A stretch of DNA of 64,000 nucleotides from Mobula hypostoma (Eukaryota): positions 82,772,001 through 82,836,000 of the forward strand of contig NC_086097.1 in assembly GCF_963921235.1 (NCBI RefSeq). The letters run 5' to 3'. The position numbers and the translations under genes were made by a program. Shown here piece by piece: positions 53,186-64,000 of this stretch; position 1 is the first letter of the stretch, and every line of letters starts with the position of its first letter. The notes under the pieces are model-generated. The model saw only the letters and a list, made by a program, of their open reading frames with translations. It did not search any database and was not told the origin of the DNA.

Positions 53186-53322
53186 GGTCCTGATGAAGGG
53201 TCTCAGCTCGAAATGTTGACTGTTTACTCTTTTCCATAGATGCTACCTGGCCTGCTGAGGTTCCCAAGCATTTTGTGTGTGTTGCTTTGGATTTCCAGCG
53301 TCTTCAGACTTTCTTGTGTTTG
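53186..53322 (+). mobile_element. Solo ~137-bp PLE 3'-end unit starting at the hammerhead motif
   Basis: GTCCTGATGAAGGGTCTCAGCTCGAAATGTTGACT...TTGTGTTTG, flanked by TSD TCCATTCCTTTTTT (53172-53185 / 53323-53336). Confidence 0.85.
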
Positions 53323-53837
53323 TCCATTCCTTTTTTTTTGTCTGGATCCTCTTAAGCACAAAAAGTGCCATCTAAAATTCTCAGCTGGAGCTCCTCCATT
53401 TCATGACACTGCAGCATCCAGTGAGTTCCCACAAGGCTCAGAATTTGAATTCCATAGATCTGAGACATCCTGCCATGCTTGTTTGTGAGGTTAACCAATA
53501 ACAAATGACTTAAAATATCTCTTTCTATGAATTACTTATTTTACTTCCCTAAGTGAATTTGCTGGATTTTTCTTCAAGTATACTGAGCCTCAATATCCTA
53601 CACTGTTCACTTCATGGAGTCTCTGCTTCCTATATTGTTGTTAAATAAATTGAAATATTTGCATTGGCAGAAGCATTAATAACCAGGTTACTTAGAGTTC
53701 AAGTGATTAGAAAAAGAGCCAAAGAAGGTTTGAGGAAAAAACTTTTATTTTCATGCACCAAATAGTTCTGACCCTGGAATTCACTGCCTGAAAGGATGCT
53801 GCAAGTTGATTAGTACCGGCTTCCTCAACAATCTGAC

Positions 53838-54576
53838 CTGGTCGCCTCACTATAGGAAGGATGTGGAAGCACTGGAAAACGTACAGAGGAGATTTACCAG
53901 GATGCTGCCTGGTTTAGAGAGTATGAATTATGATCAAAGGTTAAGGGAGCTAGGGCTTTACTCTTTGGAGAGAAGGAGGATGAGAGGAGACATGATAGAG
54001 GTAAAGAAGATATTAAGAGGAATAGATAGAGTGAATAGCTAGCGCCTCTTCCCCAGGGCACCACTGCTCAATACAAGGGGACATGGCTTTAAGGTAAGGG
54101 GTGGGAAGTTCAAGGGGGATATTAGAGGAAGATTTTTTACTCAGAGAGTGGTTGGTGCGTGGAATACACTGCCTGAGTCAGTGGTAGAGGCAGATACACT
54201 AGTGAAATTTAAGAGACTACTAGACAGGTATATGGAGGAATTTAAGGTGGTGGGTTATATGGGAGCGCAAACACAAGGAAATCTGCAGATGCTGGAATTT
54301 CAAGCAGCACACATAAAAGTTGCTGGTGAATGCAGCATGCAGCATCTCTAGGAAGAGGTACAGTCGATGTTCTGGGCCGAGACCCTTTAGGCCTGAGAAA
54401 GGGTCTCGGCCCGAAATGTCGATTGTGCCTCTTCCTAGAGATGCTGCCTGGCCTGCTGCGTTCACCAGCAACTTTTATGTGTGTTGGTTATATGGGAGGC
54501 AGGGTTTGAGGGTCAGCACAACAATGTGGGCTGAAGGGCCTGTACTTTGCTGTACTATTCTATGTTCTATGTTCTA
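53838..54576 (+). mobile_element. CR1 3' end interrupted by a PLE hairpin
   Basis: WSPHYRKDVEALENVQRRFTRMLPG; (CTATGTT)n tail. Confidence 0.87.
54266..54485. mobile_element. PLE-derived fold-back insertion
   Basis: Inverted arms centred at ~54390 with the tail on the left; TSD GGTTATATGGGAG (54253-54265 / 54486-54498). Confidence 0.9.
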
Positions 54577-55229
54577 ATCTGGATTGGTACTTGAAGAAAG
54601 CAAGTTTGTAAGGACACGGGGAAGAGTCCATGAATGGAATTAACTGGATTCTTCATGAAAAGACAACATGGGCTTATTGTGCTGAGCAGCCATCTTCCCT
54701 GTTATTAGAATTCTATATAAAATGATTCTTCTGTTGTCCAAGACAGAGCTGGAGCACGGCAGTTAGTAACACTATTACCAGAACACAATTAATAGTTGTT
54801 ACACCTGCACTTTGAAATGCAACTTATTTCTTTCTTATCATTTCCCATTCAGACCTGATGTCATATTTAGGTAATTCCAAAATCTTTTCTGCTGTCTTAG
54901 AGTAAGCTTAATTTTTTAAACAGAAGAAGCATTGTACTTCAAAACTGTGCAACTTAGTGACTACTTCTACATGTGGTGTATCTGGCAGATACTGAAAACT
55001 TGTCCCAACTAACTGGCTATAGTGTTCAAGGACATCTTCAAATTCTCAATGCTGAAGTCAAAAGGTTTCCACGTGCTTCAAAAGAACATTAATCATACCG
55101 TTGCCCAAGAGGAGCACTGGCAATCGGCTGTGATGAAGTGCCCTGACAAGTTTATCATAGATACAATTAATTCCTGCCCAAGCAAGCACCTGCACCCACT
55201 GCAGTTTGCCTAGAGCCACAATAAGTCCA

Positions 55230-56578
55230 CAGTGGATGCAATCTAACCTGGCTCTCTTCTTGGCCATGGATCACCTGGACAACAGCAATGCCTTTGTCAG
55301 GCTGCTGTTCATTAATTACAGCTCAAGATTCAACACCATCATATTCTCAGTACTAATCAACAAGCTTCAAATCCTGGGCCTCTGCAGTTCGATCCTTGAT
55401 TTCTCCATCAAGAGACTATAGTCGGAGCGGATCAGAAATAACATCTCCGCCTCACTGACAATCAACACAGATGCACTTTAAGGGCGCTTGTTTAGCCCAC
55501 GACTCTACTCCCTCTGCCCTCAAGATTCAGTGGCTCAGCCCAGCTCAAACACCATCTATAAATTCACTGATGTCACAACTGTTGTTGGCATAATCTCAGA
55601 TAGTTACAAGGCGGTGTACAGGAGTGGGATTGAGTTTAGTTGCAACCTCGCACTCAAAGCTGGAAGATTAAGGGGTTTATTGTGGACTTCAGGAGGGGGA
55701 GATCAGTACTGTTGAATACACAGCAGTCCTCATTGAGTGGTCAGCAGTGGAGAAGGTGGGCACCTTCAAGTTCCGGGTTGTCAACATCCCTGATGCAATT
55801 ACAAAGAGGGCTATATTTCAATCGGAGTTTGAGGAGAGAGACAGCATTCTGGCTGTTTGTATCACCCTCTGGTTTGGAGGGTACCAATGCACAGGATCAG
55901 AAAGGTTGCAGAGGGTTGTAAACTCAGCCAGCTCCATCGTGGGTAGTAGCTTCGCAGCCATCAAAGAGATCTTCAAAAGACGATGCCTGAAGAAGGTGAC
56001 ATTCATTATGAAGGACAATCATCACCCAGGACATGCCCTCTTTTAATGATACCATCAGGGAGGAGCTATCAGAGCTTGAAGGCACACACAATGTTTTCTG
56101 AATGGCTTCTTCTCCACCACCATCAGATTTTTGAATGGCTCACAAACCCATGAACACTACCTCATTATTTTGTTCTCTTTTTGCACCAAGTACTTTTTTT
56201 ATGTTTCTTGTTGTTAGTTACAGAGCTATAATTGCTCTGAACCAATCGATCAAGCATCATCCATAAATTTGTTATATTGCTACTTTAATACTGGTTTTAT
56301 GGCCGTCATGCATCTGAGTTGTGCTTTTGTACTGCTGGACATTGCTTGTACTGGCTGGTTACTTGATTTTATTTATTGTTTATTTACTTTATTTGTTGTT
56401 TTATAGCATTGAGTACGAGAGTTGCAAACTCATTTTCACTGTATTGGTGCGTGACAAATTGCACTATGCAATGACAATAAAGATATTTCATTTACTTTCA
56501 CTTCAGTAATTTTGTTATGTATTGCCACAAAACAGCACACTTCGTGACAGCAATAACAAGCCTGATTCTGATTCTGAC
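55230..56578 (+). mobile_element. Rex1/Babar LINE RT/3' part, degenerate
   Basis: [34 protein letters not shown]; tail CCTGATTCTGATTCTGA. Confidence 0.82.
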
Positions 56579-56847
56579 ACTTGTCATATTTAAAACATTT
56601 GTGAACTATTTCAATTTAGCAGCCTATTCTTGGAAACATCAGAATCCAGATATGAGGACGAGATAAATAAATGGATTGAGCCACATTGTTCAATCAGCAA
56701 ATGTGACAGGGAAGCAGATAAATTAAACTAACTAAAGTATTGCTCAGCAATATTTGTAGCACGTCAGAGCAATAGTATTTAGAAATAATTAGCTGCTCAG
56801 AAGTCTGAAGATCTTTGTAAATATAGGTTATTTAAATAATACATTTT

Positions 56848-57140
56848 GGGGTGCCACAGCAGCGTAGTGGTTAGAGCGATGGTATTACAGCTTGGGGCGT
56901 TGAAATTCAGAGTTTAATTCTGTCTTCCTCTGTAAGGAACTCGTATATCCTTCCAGTGTGTGGGTTTTCTCTGGGTGCTTTGGTTTCCTCCCACAGTCCA
57001 AAGGTGTACCGGTTAGTAGATTAATTGGCCATGGTAAGTAGTCCCGTGATGAGGCTAGCATTAAATCAGGGGTTGCAGGGTTGTTGGCAGTGTGTTCAAA
57101 GGACTGGAAGACTCTATATGCTGCTTTTCCAAATAATTAG
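56848..57140 (+). mobile_element. V-SINE/HE1-like SINE
   Basis: GTAGTGGTTAG head and GGTTTCCTCCCACAGTCCAAAG V-domain. Confidence 0.8.
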
Positions 57141-57225
57141 AAACAATGACAATTCTGATATAAAAAATATCATGCCCTCAAATGGCAAGTTGTTTTAGAA
57201 AGCTAATGAATATTTCTTCTTTCAG

Positions 57226-57376
57226 ATACGACTTTTATCAGAGGATTGTGGTAAACATTTGATGGGTGTCGAGGACTTGCTCCAGAAACATGCGCTGCAG
57301 GAAGCTGACATTGTGGTTCAAGCAGACAGAATGAAAATCATCAATGCAGAAGCACTCAAGTTTACTGAAGGAGAAG
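57226..57376 (+). CDS. SPTB: Spectrin beta exon ([22 protein letters not shown]...KFTEGE), 151 nt
   Basis: Acceptor tttcag and donor G|gtgcat. Confidence 0.94.
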
Positions 57377-58108
57377 GTGCATTTTTAACCTTCTGTACTG
57401 TCCACCCCTCCTCTGCATCACCTTGCACATACTGTTTAGCCTTATTGTAATCAGCCTGAATGGAAAAAAAACTTCTCAAATAATTGACACAAGCATTGAT
57501 TTTATATTTACATGACTTTGCCTGTTGTGTGTGTCTCTTTGTGTATGTGTGGATAACATGACATGTCCAAAACTCAAGTCTTAAAACAGATACTTTCTGC
57601 TGGGCTTTTCCATAGTTAGATATTACTGGGGGAACAAATGGAATACTTTAGCTATACTTCAAAGTCTCTTTGGGGATAAAAAACACAACATTCCCACTGA
57701 TTGCTGTGAATCTCTCACACACGACCATGAAAGTGGAGAAGGAATAATTGAGGTTCCCTTGAGAACCTCAAGGCCACATCTGGGGAGCACGAAAAGGCCA
57801 TGTTCCTCCTACAGAAGAAGCAGACGATGACACAAACTGCCCATTCTGCTATTATGTCAGACCCCATCTGACACATCTGTGGAACAGCTGGCAGTTTCCA
57901 CATTGCCATCATCAGCCGCCTCAGAACTCACAGTGCAGTCTGCATGGAATATTCCAAATGGTTAATGCAATGCTGCGACTCCTGTCTTGAAGTAGATGTA
58001 ATGGAGGTCCTGAAATTGATATCAGTTTCATAGAATGACCATAGAGAACGCCGTTTGTTTATGACCATCCTTATGGCAGAATCCGGTCCATTATATGGAG
58101 AGACTCTA

Positions 58109-58292
58109 ACGACACTGATGCTGGAGGAACTCAGCAGATCAGGCAGCATCTATGGAAAAGAGTATGAAGGGTCTCACCCTGAAACGTCGACTGTTCACTC
58201 TTACCTGTAGAAGCTGCCTGACCTACTGATTTCCTCCAGCATCTTGTGTGTGTCGCTTTGGATTTCCAGCATCTTCAAATTTTCTCATGTTT
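58109..58292. mobile_element. Older asymmetric PLE fold-back insertion
   Basis: GATGCTGGAGGAACTCAGCAGATCAGGCAGCATCTA..AAGAGT is inverted against ACTCTT..TAGAAGCTGCCTGACCTACTGATTTCCTCCAGCATC. A partial hammerhead (TGAAGGGTCTCACCCTGAAACGTCGACT) sits in the centre. Confidence 0.75.
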
Positions 58293-58542
58293 CTCTCTAC
58301 TGATATGCTTATTACTGAACCATTGCCTGTGCATTAAGTACTGTGTATAAATATTCTTAGCATTATTTAGTACCTTTCCATTGTGTTATGACATTATATT
58401 ACGATATTATCTCATTTGGTGATTACAGCTTAGAGGAGGTTGTGCCAACCTAAATGTATTTCTCAGATCTGACCAAATTAAGATAATGTCAGTGCAACTT
58501 CAATAATAAAACCATTGATTACCAAAGATTTTCTTTTTCCAG

Positions 58543-59413
58543 GTTACACACCCTGTGATCCCAATATAATCAGGGATCGTGTCAATCATCTGGAACTGTG
58601 CTATGAGGAGCTTTGTACGTTGGCAGCTGAAAGGAAAGCCCGCCTTGAACAATCACGCCGGTTTTGGTCATTCTTCTGGGAGATGGCTGAAACTGAGAGC
58701 TGGATCCGAGAAAGAGAGCAGATCTTCTCATCACAAGATTATGGGAAAGATATTACCAGCATTATGATTCTGCAAAACAAACATAAAACACTGGAAGATG
58801 AATTAGTTGGTCTCAGGACTCAGTTGCAGCAAACGATTAAACTGGGCAATGATATGATTACAGAGAACCACTTTGCTTCACCTGAGATCAAGAAACGCAT
58901 TGAGGAAGTCCTTGCGATGTGGAGGGATTTGGAGGAATTGGCGGCTTTCCGCAAGCAAAATCTTCTGCATGCTCAAAGCTTCTTCCAGTATCAAGTGGAT
59001 GCAGATGATCTCAAAACTTGGTTACAGGACACTCACCGTATTATGTCTTCAGATGATGTCGGCCATGACGAATTTTCAACACAGACACTGGTGAAGAAAC
59101 AAAGAGACCTTACAGATGAAATCATGAAGTCTGCGACAGCAATTGATGGTCTAAATAAACAGCTTCAGAGCCTCCCAGATGAATTCAGAAAATTACCAGA
59201 GATAGTGGACCGACAGAGGGAGATAAAGGAGCTCTATACAGACCTTGTGGCCCTATCAGATCTACGGAGGCAACAGCTCCAGGATGCTCTTGCTCTCTAT
59301 GTGATGTTTCGTGAAGCTGATGCATGTGATTTGTGGATGACTGAGAAGGAGAAGTGGCTGGAGGGAATTGATATTCCAAATAAAATAGAGGATTTGGAAG
59401 TAGTACAACACAG
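58543..59413 (+). CDS. SPTB: Spectrin beta large exon (GYTPCDPNIIRDR...DLEVVQHR), 871 nt
   Basis: Acceptor ttttccag and donor AG|gtacaa; several spectrin repeats with typical Trp periodicity. Confidence 0.96.
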
Positions 59414-61993
59414 GTACAAGCTGATTATTTATCTTGTACTTCCAGTAAGACTGTTCAGATCAAACATATCAGTCTCACAGTCAGTTAAATGACACATTTA
59501 AAGTCCTGAATATTTTGCAAGTGCAGATAAAACAATACATGGGCTCTTCAGAATGCATTTCTGTGTCAGTAACATCTTCTCTGGAATATGAATGGTTAAG
59601 ATGGGAACTAAAAGAGATTTTCAAATTTATGACGTGGAAGGATAAATAGTGAAACCGTATTTCCACTTATTGGAATATTTTGCCTCAAAGTGCTTTTATA
59701 GAGAAGCAATTTAAAATGAAATTGGATAAGCATTTGGAAAGAATGCATTTGAAAGGCTGCAAGGATAAAGTAGATCTAACTGCAGAGCTTCTATTGAAAA
59801 AGCACAATATGGGTATTTCAGGCTAAATCACTTGGTGGGGAACCAGCGCGTTTTCCTCTCCACCCAATATGACTCCCCATTTACTTGAATGGGAACAAAA
59901 TCAACTAGGATTTAAGGCTGGTGTTATACCCAGTTTAATCCATGTTCTCATGGGTGCATTGGGTTCAATTGCTCTATGTGAAGGCACATACTTTTAAATT
60001 TTATGTTTTAGAGATCCTATATCCTTACACCTATACCAAAAGGCATTCCTTCTCTCTGCTAGCCAGCAGGCCTTTCTCAGGCAAGGTGTAGCACTTGCTT
60101 AGTTTCCCCCCCCACCCCAACCCAAACAGGGTCACATGAAGCCATAGCAGCATCTGGTGGATGGTCCTACAAGCAGCAGGTGCATACCTTTGGCAGGCAG
60201 ACAATATCTGAAGAGTATAGATAATGGCTGAGGTCACCCGTCTTGTAAAGACACTGCCCAGAAGAAGGGAATGGAAAACCATTACTGCAGAAAAATTTGC
60301 CAAGATCAATCATGGTCATTGAACATGATCGCCCACATCATACAACACAGCTCATAATGATGGTGATAGTGATGACATCCTTAAATATTTGTTGACTGGG
60401 TATAAATTATTCCATGTTTAATACAGATTTACCTAAAGTAATTCTGCTGCCTAAATTATTCTTCACATACAGTGCAAATTATGTAAGCCTCAGGGGTACT
60501 TAGGAACTTCAAATGTTTCAGAATCTTAAACAATTATCACATAGATAGTCAGTGGTTTGAAAGATTATGATATAGTTGGGATCACAGAGACATGGCTCCA
60601 GGGTGACCAGGGATGGGAGCTCAACGTTCAGGGATATTCAATATTCAGGAGGGATAGACATGAAGGAAGGGGAGGTGGGGAGGTGTTGCTGGTTAAAGAA
60701 GAGATTAATGCAATAGAAAGGAAGGACATAAGCCGGGAAGATGTGGAATCGATATGGGTAGAGCTGCGTAACACTAAGGGGCAGAAGACGCTGGTGGGAG
60801 TTGTGTACAGGCCACCTAACAGTAGTAGTGAGGTCGGAGATGGTATTAAACAGGAAATTAGAAATGTGTGCAATAAAGGAACAGCAGTTATAATGGGTGA
60901 CTTCAATCTACATGTAGACTGGGTGAACCAAATTGGTAAAGGTGCTGAGGAAGAGGATTTCTTGGAATGTATGCGGGATGGTTTTTTGAACCAACATGTC
61001 GAGGAACCAACTAGAGAGCAGGCTATTCTAGACTGGGTTTTGAGCAATGAGGAAGGGTTAATTAGCGATCATGTCGTGAGAGGCCCCTTGGGTAAGAGTG
61101 ACCATAATATGGTGGAATTCTTCATTAACATGGAGAGTGACATAGTTAATTCAGAAACAAAGGTTCTGAACTTAAAGAGGGGTAACTTTGAAGGTATGAG
61201 ACGTGAATTAGCTAAGATAGACTGGCAAATGACACTTAAAGGATTGACGGTGGATATGCAATGGCAAGCATTTAAAGGTTGCATGGATGAACTACAACAA
61301 TTGTTCATCCCAGTTTGGCAAAAGAATAAATCAAGGAAGGTAGTGCACCCGTGGCTGACAAGAGAAATTAGGGATAGTATCAATTCCAAAGAAGTAGCAT
61401 ACAAATTAGCCAGAGAAAGTGGCTCACCTGAGGACTGGGAGAAATTCAGAGTTCAGCAGAGGAGGACAAAGGGCTTAATTAGGAAGGGGAAAAAAGATTA
61501 TGAGAGAAAACTGGCAGAGAACATAAAAACGGACTGTAAAAGCTTTTATAGATATGTAAAAAGGAAAAGACTGATAAAGACAAATGTAGGTCCCCTGCAG
61601 ACAGAAACAGGTGAATTGATTATGGGGAGCAAGGACATGGCAGACCAATTGAATAATTACTTTGGTTCTGTCTTCACTAAGGAGGACATAAATAATCTTC
61701 CAGAAATAGTAAGGGACAGAGGGTCCAGTGAGATGGAGGAACTGAGCGAAATACATGTTAGTAGGGAAGTGGTGTTAGGTAAATTGAAGGGATTGAAGGC
61801 AGATAAATCCCCAGGGCCAGATGGTCTGCATCCCAGAGTGCTTACGGAAGTAGCCCAAGAAATAGTGGATGCATTAGTGATAATTTTTCAAAACTCGTTA
61901 GATTCTGGACTAGTTCCTGAGGATTGGAGGGTGGCTAATGTAACCCCACTTTTTAAAAAAGGAGGGAGAGAGAAACCGGGGAATTATAGGCCG

Positions 61994-63583
61994 CAAACAA
62001 CAGGAATTCTGCAGATGCTGGAAATTCAAGCAACACACATCAAAGTTGCTGGTGAACGCAGCAGGCCAGGCAGCATCTATAGGAAGAGGCGCAGTCGACG
62101 TTTCAGGCCGAGACCCTTCGTCAGGACTAACTGAAGGAAGAGTGAGTAAGGGATTTGAAAGCTGGAGGGGGAGGGGGAGATCCAAAATGATAGGAGAAGA
62201 CAGGAGGGGGAGGGATGGAGCCGAGAGCTGGACAGGTGATAGGCAGAAGGGGATACGAGAGGATCATGGGACAGGAGGTCCGGGAAGAAAGACGGGGGGG
62301 GGGGTGACCCAGAGGATGGGCAAGAGGTATATTCAGAGGGACAGAGGGAGAAAAAGGAGAGTGAGAGAAAGAATGTGTGCATAAAAAAGAGTAACAGATG
62401 GGGTACGAGGGGGAGGTGGGGCCTAGCGGAAGTTAGAGAAGTCAATGTTCATGCCATCAGGTTGGAGGCTACCCATACGGAATATAAGGTGTTGTTCCTC
62501 CAACCTGAGTGTGGCTTCATCTTTACAGTAGAGGAGGCCGTGGATAGACATGTCAGAATGGGAATGGGATGTGGAATTAAAATGTGTGGCCACTGGGAGA
62601 TCCTGCTTTCTCTGGCGGACAGAGCGTAGATGTTCAGCGAAGCGGTCTCCCAGTCTGCGTCGGGTCTCACCAATATATAAAAGGCCACATCGGGAGCACC
62701 GGACGCAGTATATCACCCCAGTCGACTCACAGGTGAAGTGATGCCTCACCTGGAAGGTCTGTTTGGGGCCCTGAATGGTGGTAAGGGTGGAAGTGTAAGG
62801 GCATGTGTAGCACTTGTTCCGCTTACACGGATAAGTGCCAGGAGGGAGATCAGTGGGGAGGGATGGGGGGGACGAATGGACAAGGGAGTTGTGCAGGGAG
62901 CGATCCCTGCGGAATGCAGAGAGAGGGGGGGAGGGAAAGATATGCTTAGTGGTGGGATCCCGTTGGAGGTGGCGGAAGTTACGGAGAATAATATGTTGGA
63001 CCCGGAGGCTGGTGGGGTGGTAGGTGAGGACCAGGGGAACCCTATTCCTAGTGGGGTGGTGGGAGGATGGAGTGAGAGCAGATGTACGTGAAATGGGGGA
63101 GATGCGTTTAAGAGCAGAGTTGATAGTGGAGGAAGGGAAGCCCCTTTCTTTAAAAAATGAAGACATCTCCCTCGTCCTAGAATGAAAAGCCTCATCCTGA
63201 GAGCAGATGCGGCGGAGACGGAGGAATTGCGAGAAGGGGATGGCGTTTTTGCAAGAGACAGGGTGAGAAGAGGAATAGTCCAGATAGCTGTGAGAGTCAG
63301 TAGGCTTATAGTAGACATCAGTGGATAAGCTGTCTCCAGAGACAGAGACAGAAAGATCTAGAAAGGGGAGGGAGGTGTCAGAAATGGACCAGGTAAACTT
63401 GAGGGCAGGGTGAAAGTTGGAGGCAAAGTTAATAAAGTCAACGAGTTCTGCATGCGTGCAGGAAGCAGCACCAATGCAGTCGTCGATGTAGCGAAGGAAA
63501 AGTGGGGGACAGAGACCAGAATAGGCACGGAACATAGATTGTTCCACAAACCCAACAAAAAGGCAGGCATAGCTAGGACCCAT
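61994..63583 (-). mobile_element. Young 5'-truncated Penelope-like element (RT C-half, thumb, GIY-YIG endonuclease)
   Basis: Uninterrupted 386-codon ORF 63583-62423 (MGPSYAC, RYIDD, LPFLD, GVIYCVRC..LYIGET, CxxC linker). TSD ATTATAGGCCG (61983-61993 / 63584-63594). Confidence 0.94.
62093..62128 (-). ncRNA. Minimal type I hammerhead ribozyme motif in the PLE 3' terminal repeat
   Basis: Element-sense AGUC-CUGACGA-AGGGUCUCGGCCU-GAAAC-GUC-GACU with an intact core. Confidence 0.72.
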
Positions 63584-64000
63584 ATTATAGGCCGGTTAGC
63601 CTAACGTCGGTGGTGGGGAAACTGCTGGAGTCAGTTATCAAGGATGTGATAACAGCACATTTGGAAAGCGGTGAAATGATCGGACAAAGTCAGCATGGAT
63701 TTGTGAAAGGAAAATCATGTCTGACGAATCTCATAGAATTTTTTGAGGATGTAACTAGTAGAGTGGATAGGGGAGAACCAGTGGATGTGGTATATTTGGA
63801 TTTTCAAAAGGCTTTTGACAAGGTCCCACACAGGAGATTAGTGTGCAAACTTAAAGCACACGGTATTGGGGGTAAGGTATTGGTGTGGGTGGAGAATTGG
63901 TTAGCAGACAGGAAGCAAAGAGTGGGAATAAACGGGACCTTTTCAGAATGGCAGGCGGTGACTAGTGGGGTACCGCAAGGCTCAGTGCTGGGACCCCAGT

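Larger units (their letters stand above)
8007..59413 (+). other. SPTB: Beta-spectrin gene, 5' part (erythroid-type beta-I); continues beyond window
   Basis: 12 in-frame GT-AG exons from 29129 to 59413 plus a candidate first coding exon at 8007. Residues [63 protein letters not shown] and DNFGYDL match SPTB as I recall it, rather than SPTBN1 (DEREAVQ, DISVDHPDEK, KFTEKG, DNFGFDL). Confidence 0.88.
60557..64000 (+). mobile_element. Young CR1 LINE ORF2 (APE endonuclease + RT), interrupted by a PLE; runs off the window
   Basis: Open frame DIVGITETW..VYRPP..MGDFN..SDHN..KSPGPDG..NYRP, resuming at 63595 (VSLTSVVGK..SQHGFVKGKSCLTN..YLDFQKAFDKV..GVPQGSVLGP). Confidence 0.95.

Noticed and set aside
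29129..59413. Assignment to SPTBN1 or SPTBN2
   Set aside because: Diagnostic residues (EREVV, DVFTENP, VVAFY, FQEKG, FGYDL) and the 151- and 871-nt exons fit SPTB as I recall it, despite the SPTBN1-like first exon. A gene tree would be decisive.
60557..62134. 525-aa ORF as a novel fusion protein
   Set aside because: It is CR1 ORF2 reading into the antisense PLE tail at the insertion junction.
1..64000. CRISPR arrays, operons, rRNA or other prokaryotic systems
   Set aside because: Spliced vertebrate gene with eukaryotic retroelements; no regularly spaced repeat-spacer array or rRNA-like sequence was seen.

Overview
Vertebrate genomic DNA, most likely from a cartilaginous fish such as a ray; this is inferred from the repeat families (V-SINE/HE1-like, DeuSINE-like, CR1, Rex1/Babar, Penelope). 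The window holds the 5' part of a + strand beta-spectrin gene, called SPTB from diagnostic residues. Twelve GT-AG exons (29129-59413, 2518 nt) splice in frame and encode the CH1/CH2 actin-binding domain and the first spectrin repeats; the gene continues beyond the window. A candidate alternative first coding exon that is absent from the ORF track (8007-8097, MSALSGIPSGCIASHQKPYNIMDGRFKKLQ) resembles the alternative N-terminus of SPTBN1 and splices in phase onto the first CH exon. The introns are packed with retroelements. The most structured signal is a Penelope-like element (PLE) family whose 3' end carries a minimal type I hammerhead ribozyme motif. It occurs as ORF-bearing copies, as a TSD-flanked ~137-bp solo unit and as TSD-flanked fold-back hairpins with a hammerhead on each strand, and these copies share recurrent breakpoints. 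Repeat boundaries without a TSD are approximate. No database searches were run; homology calls rest on recalled sequences.
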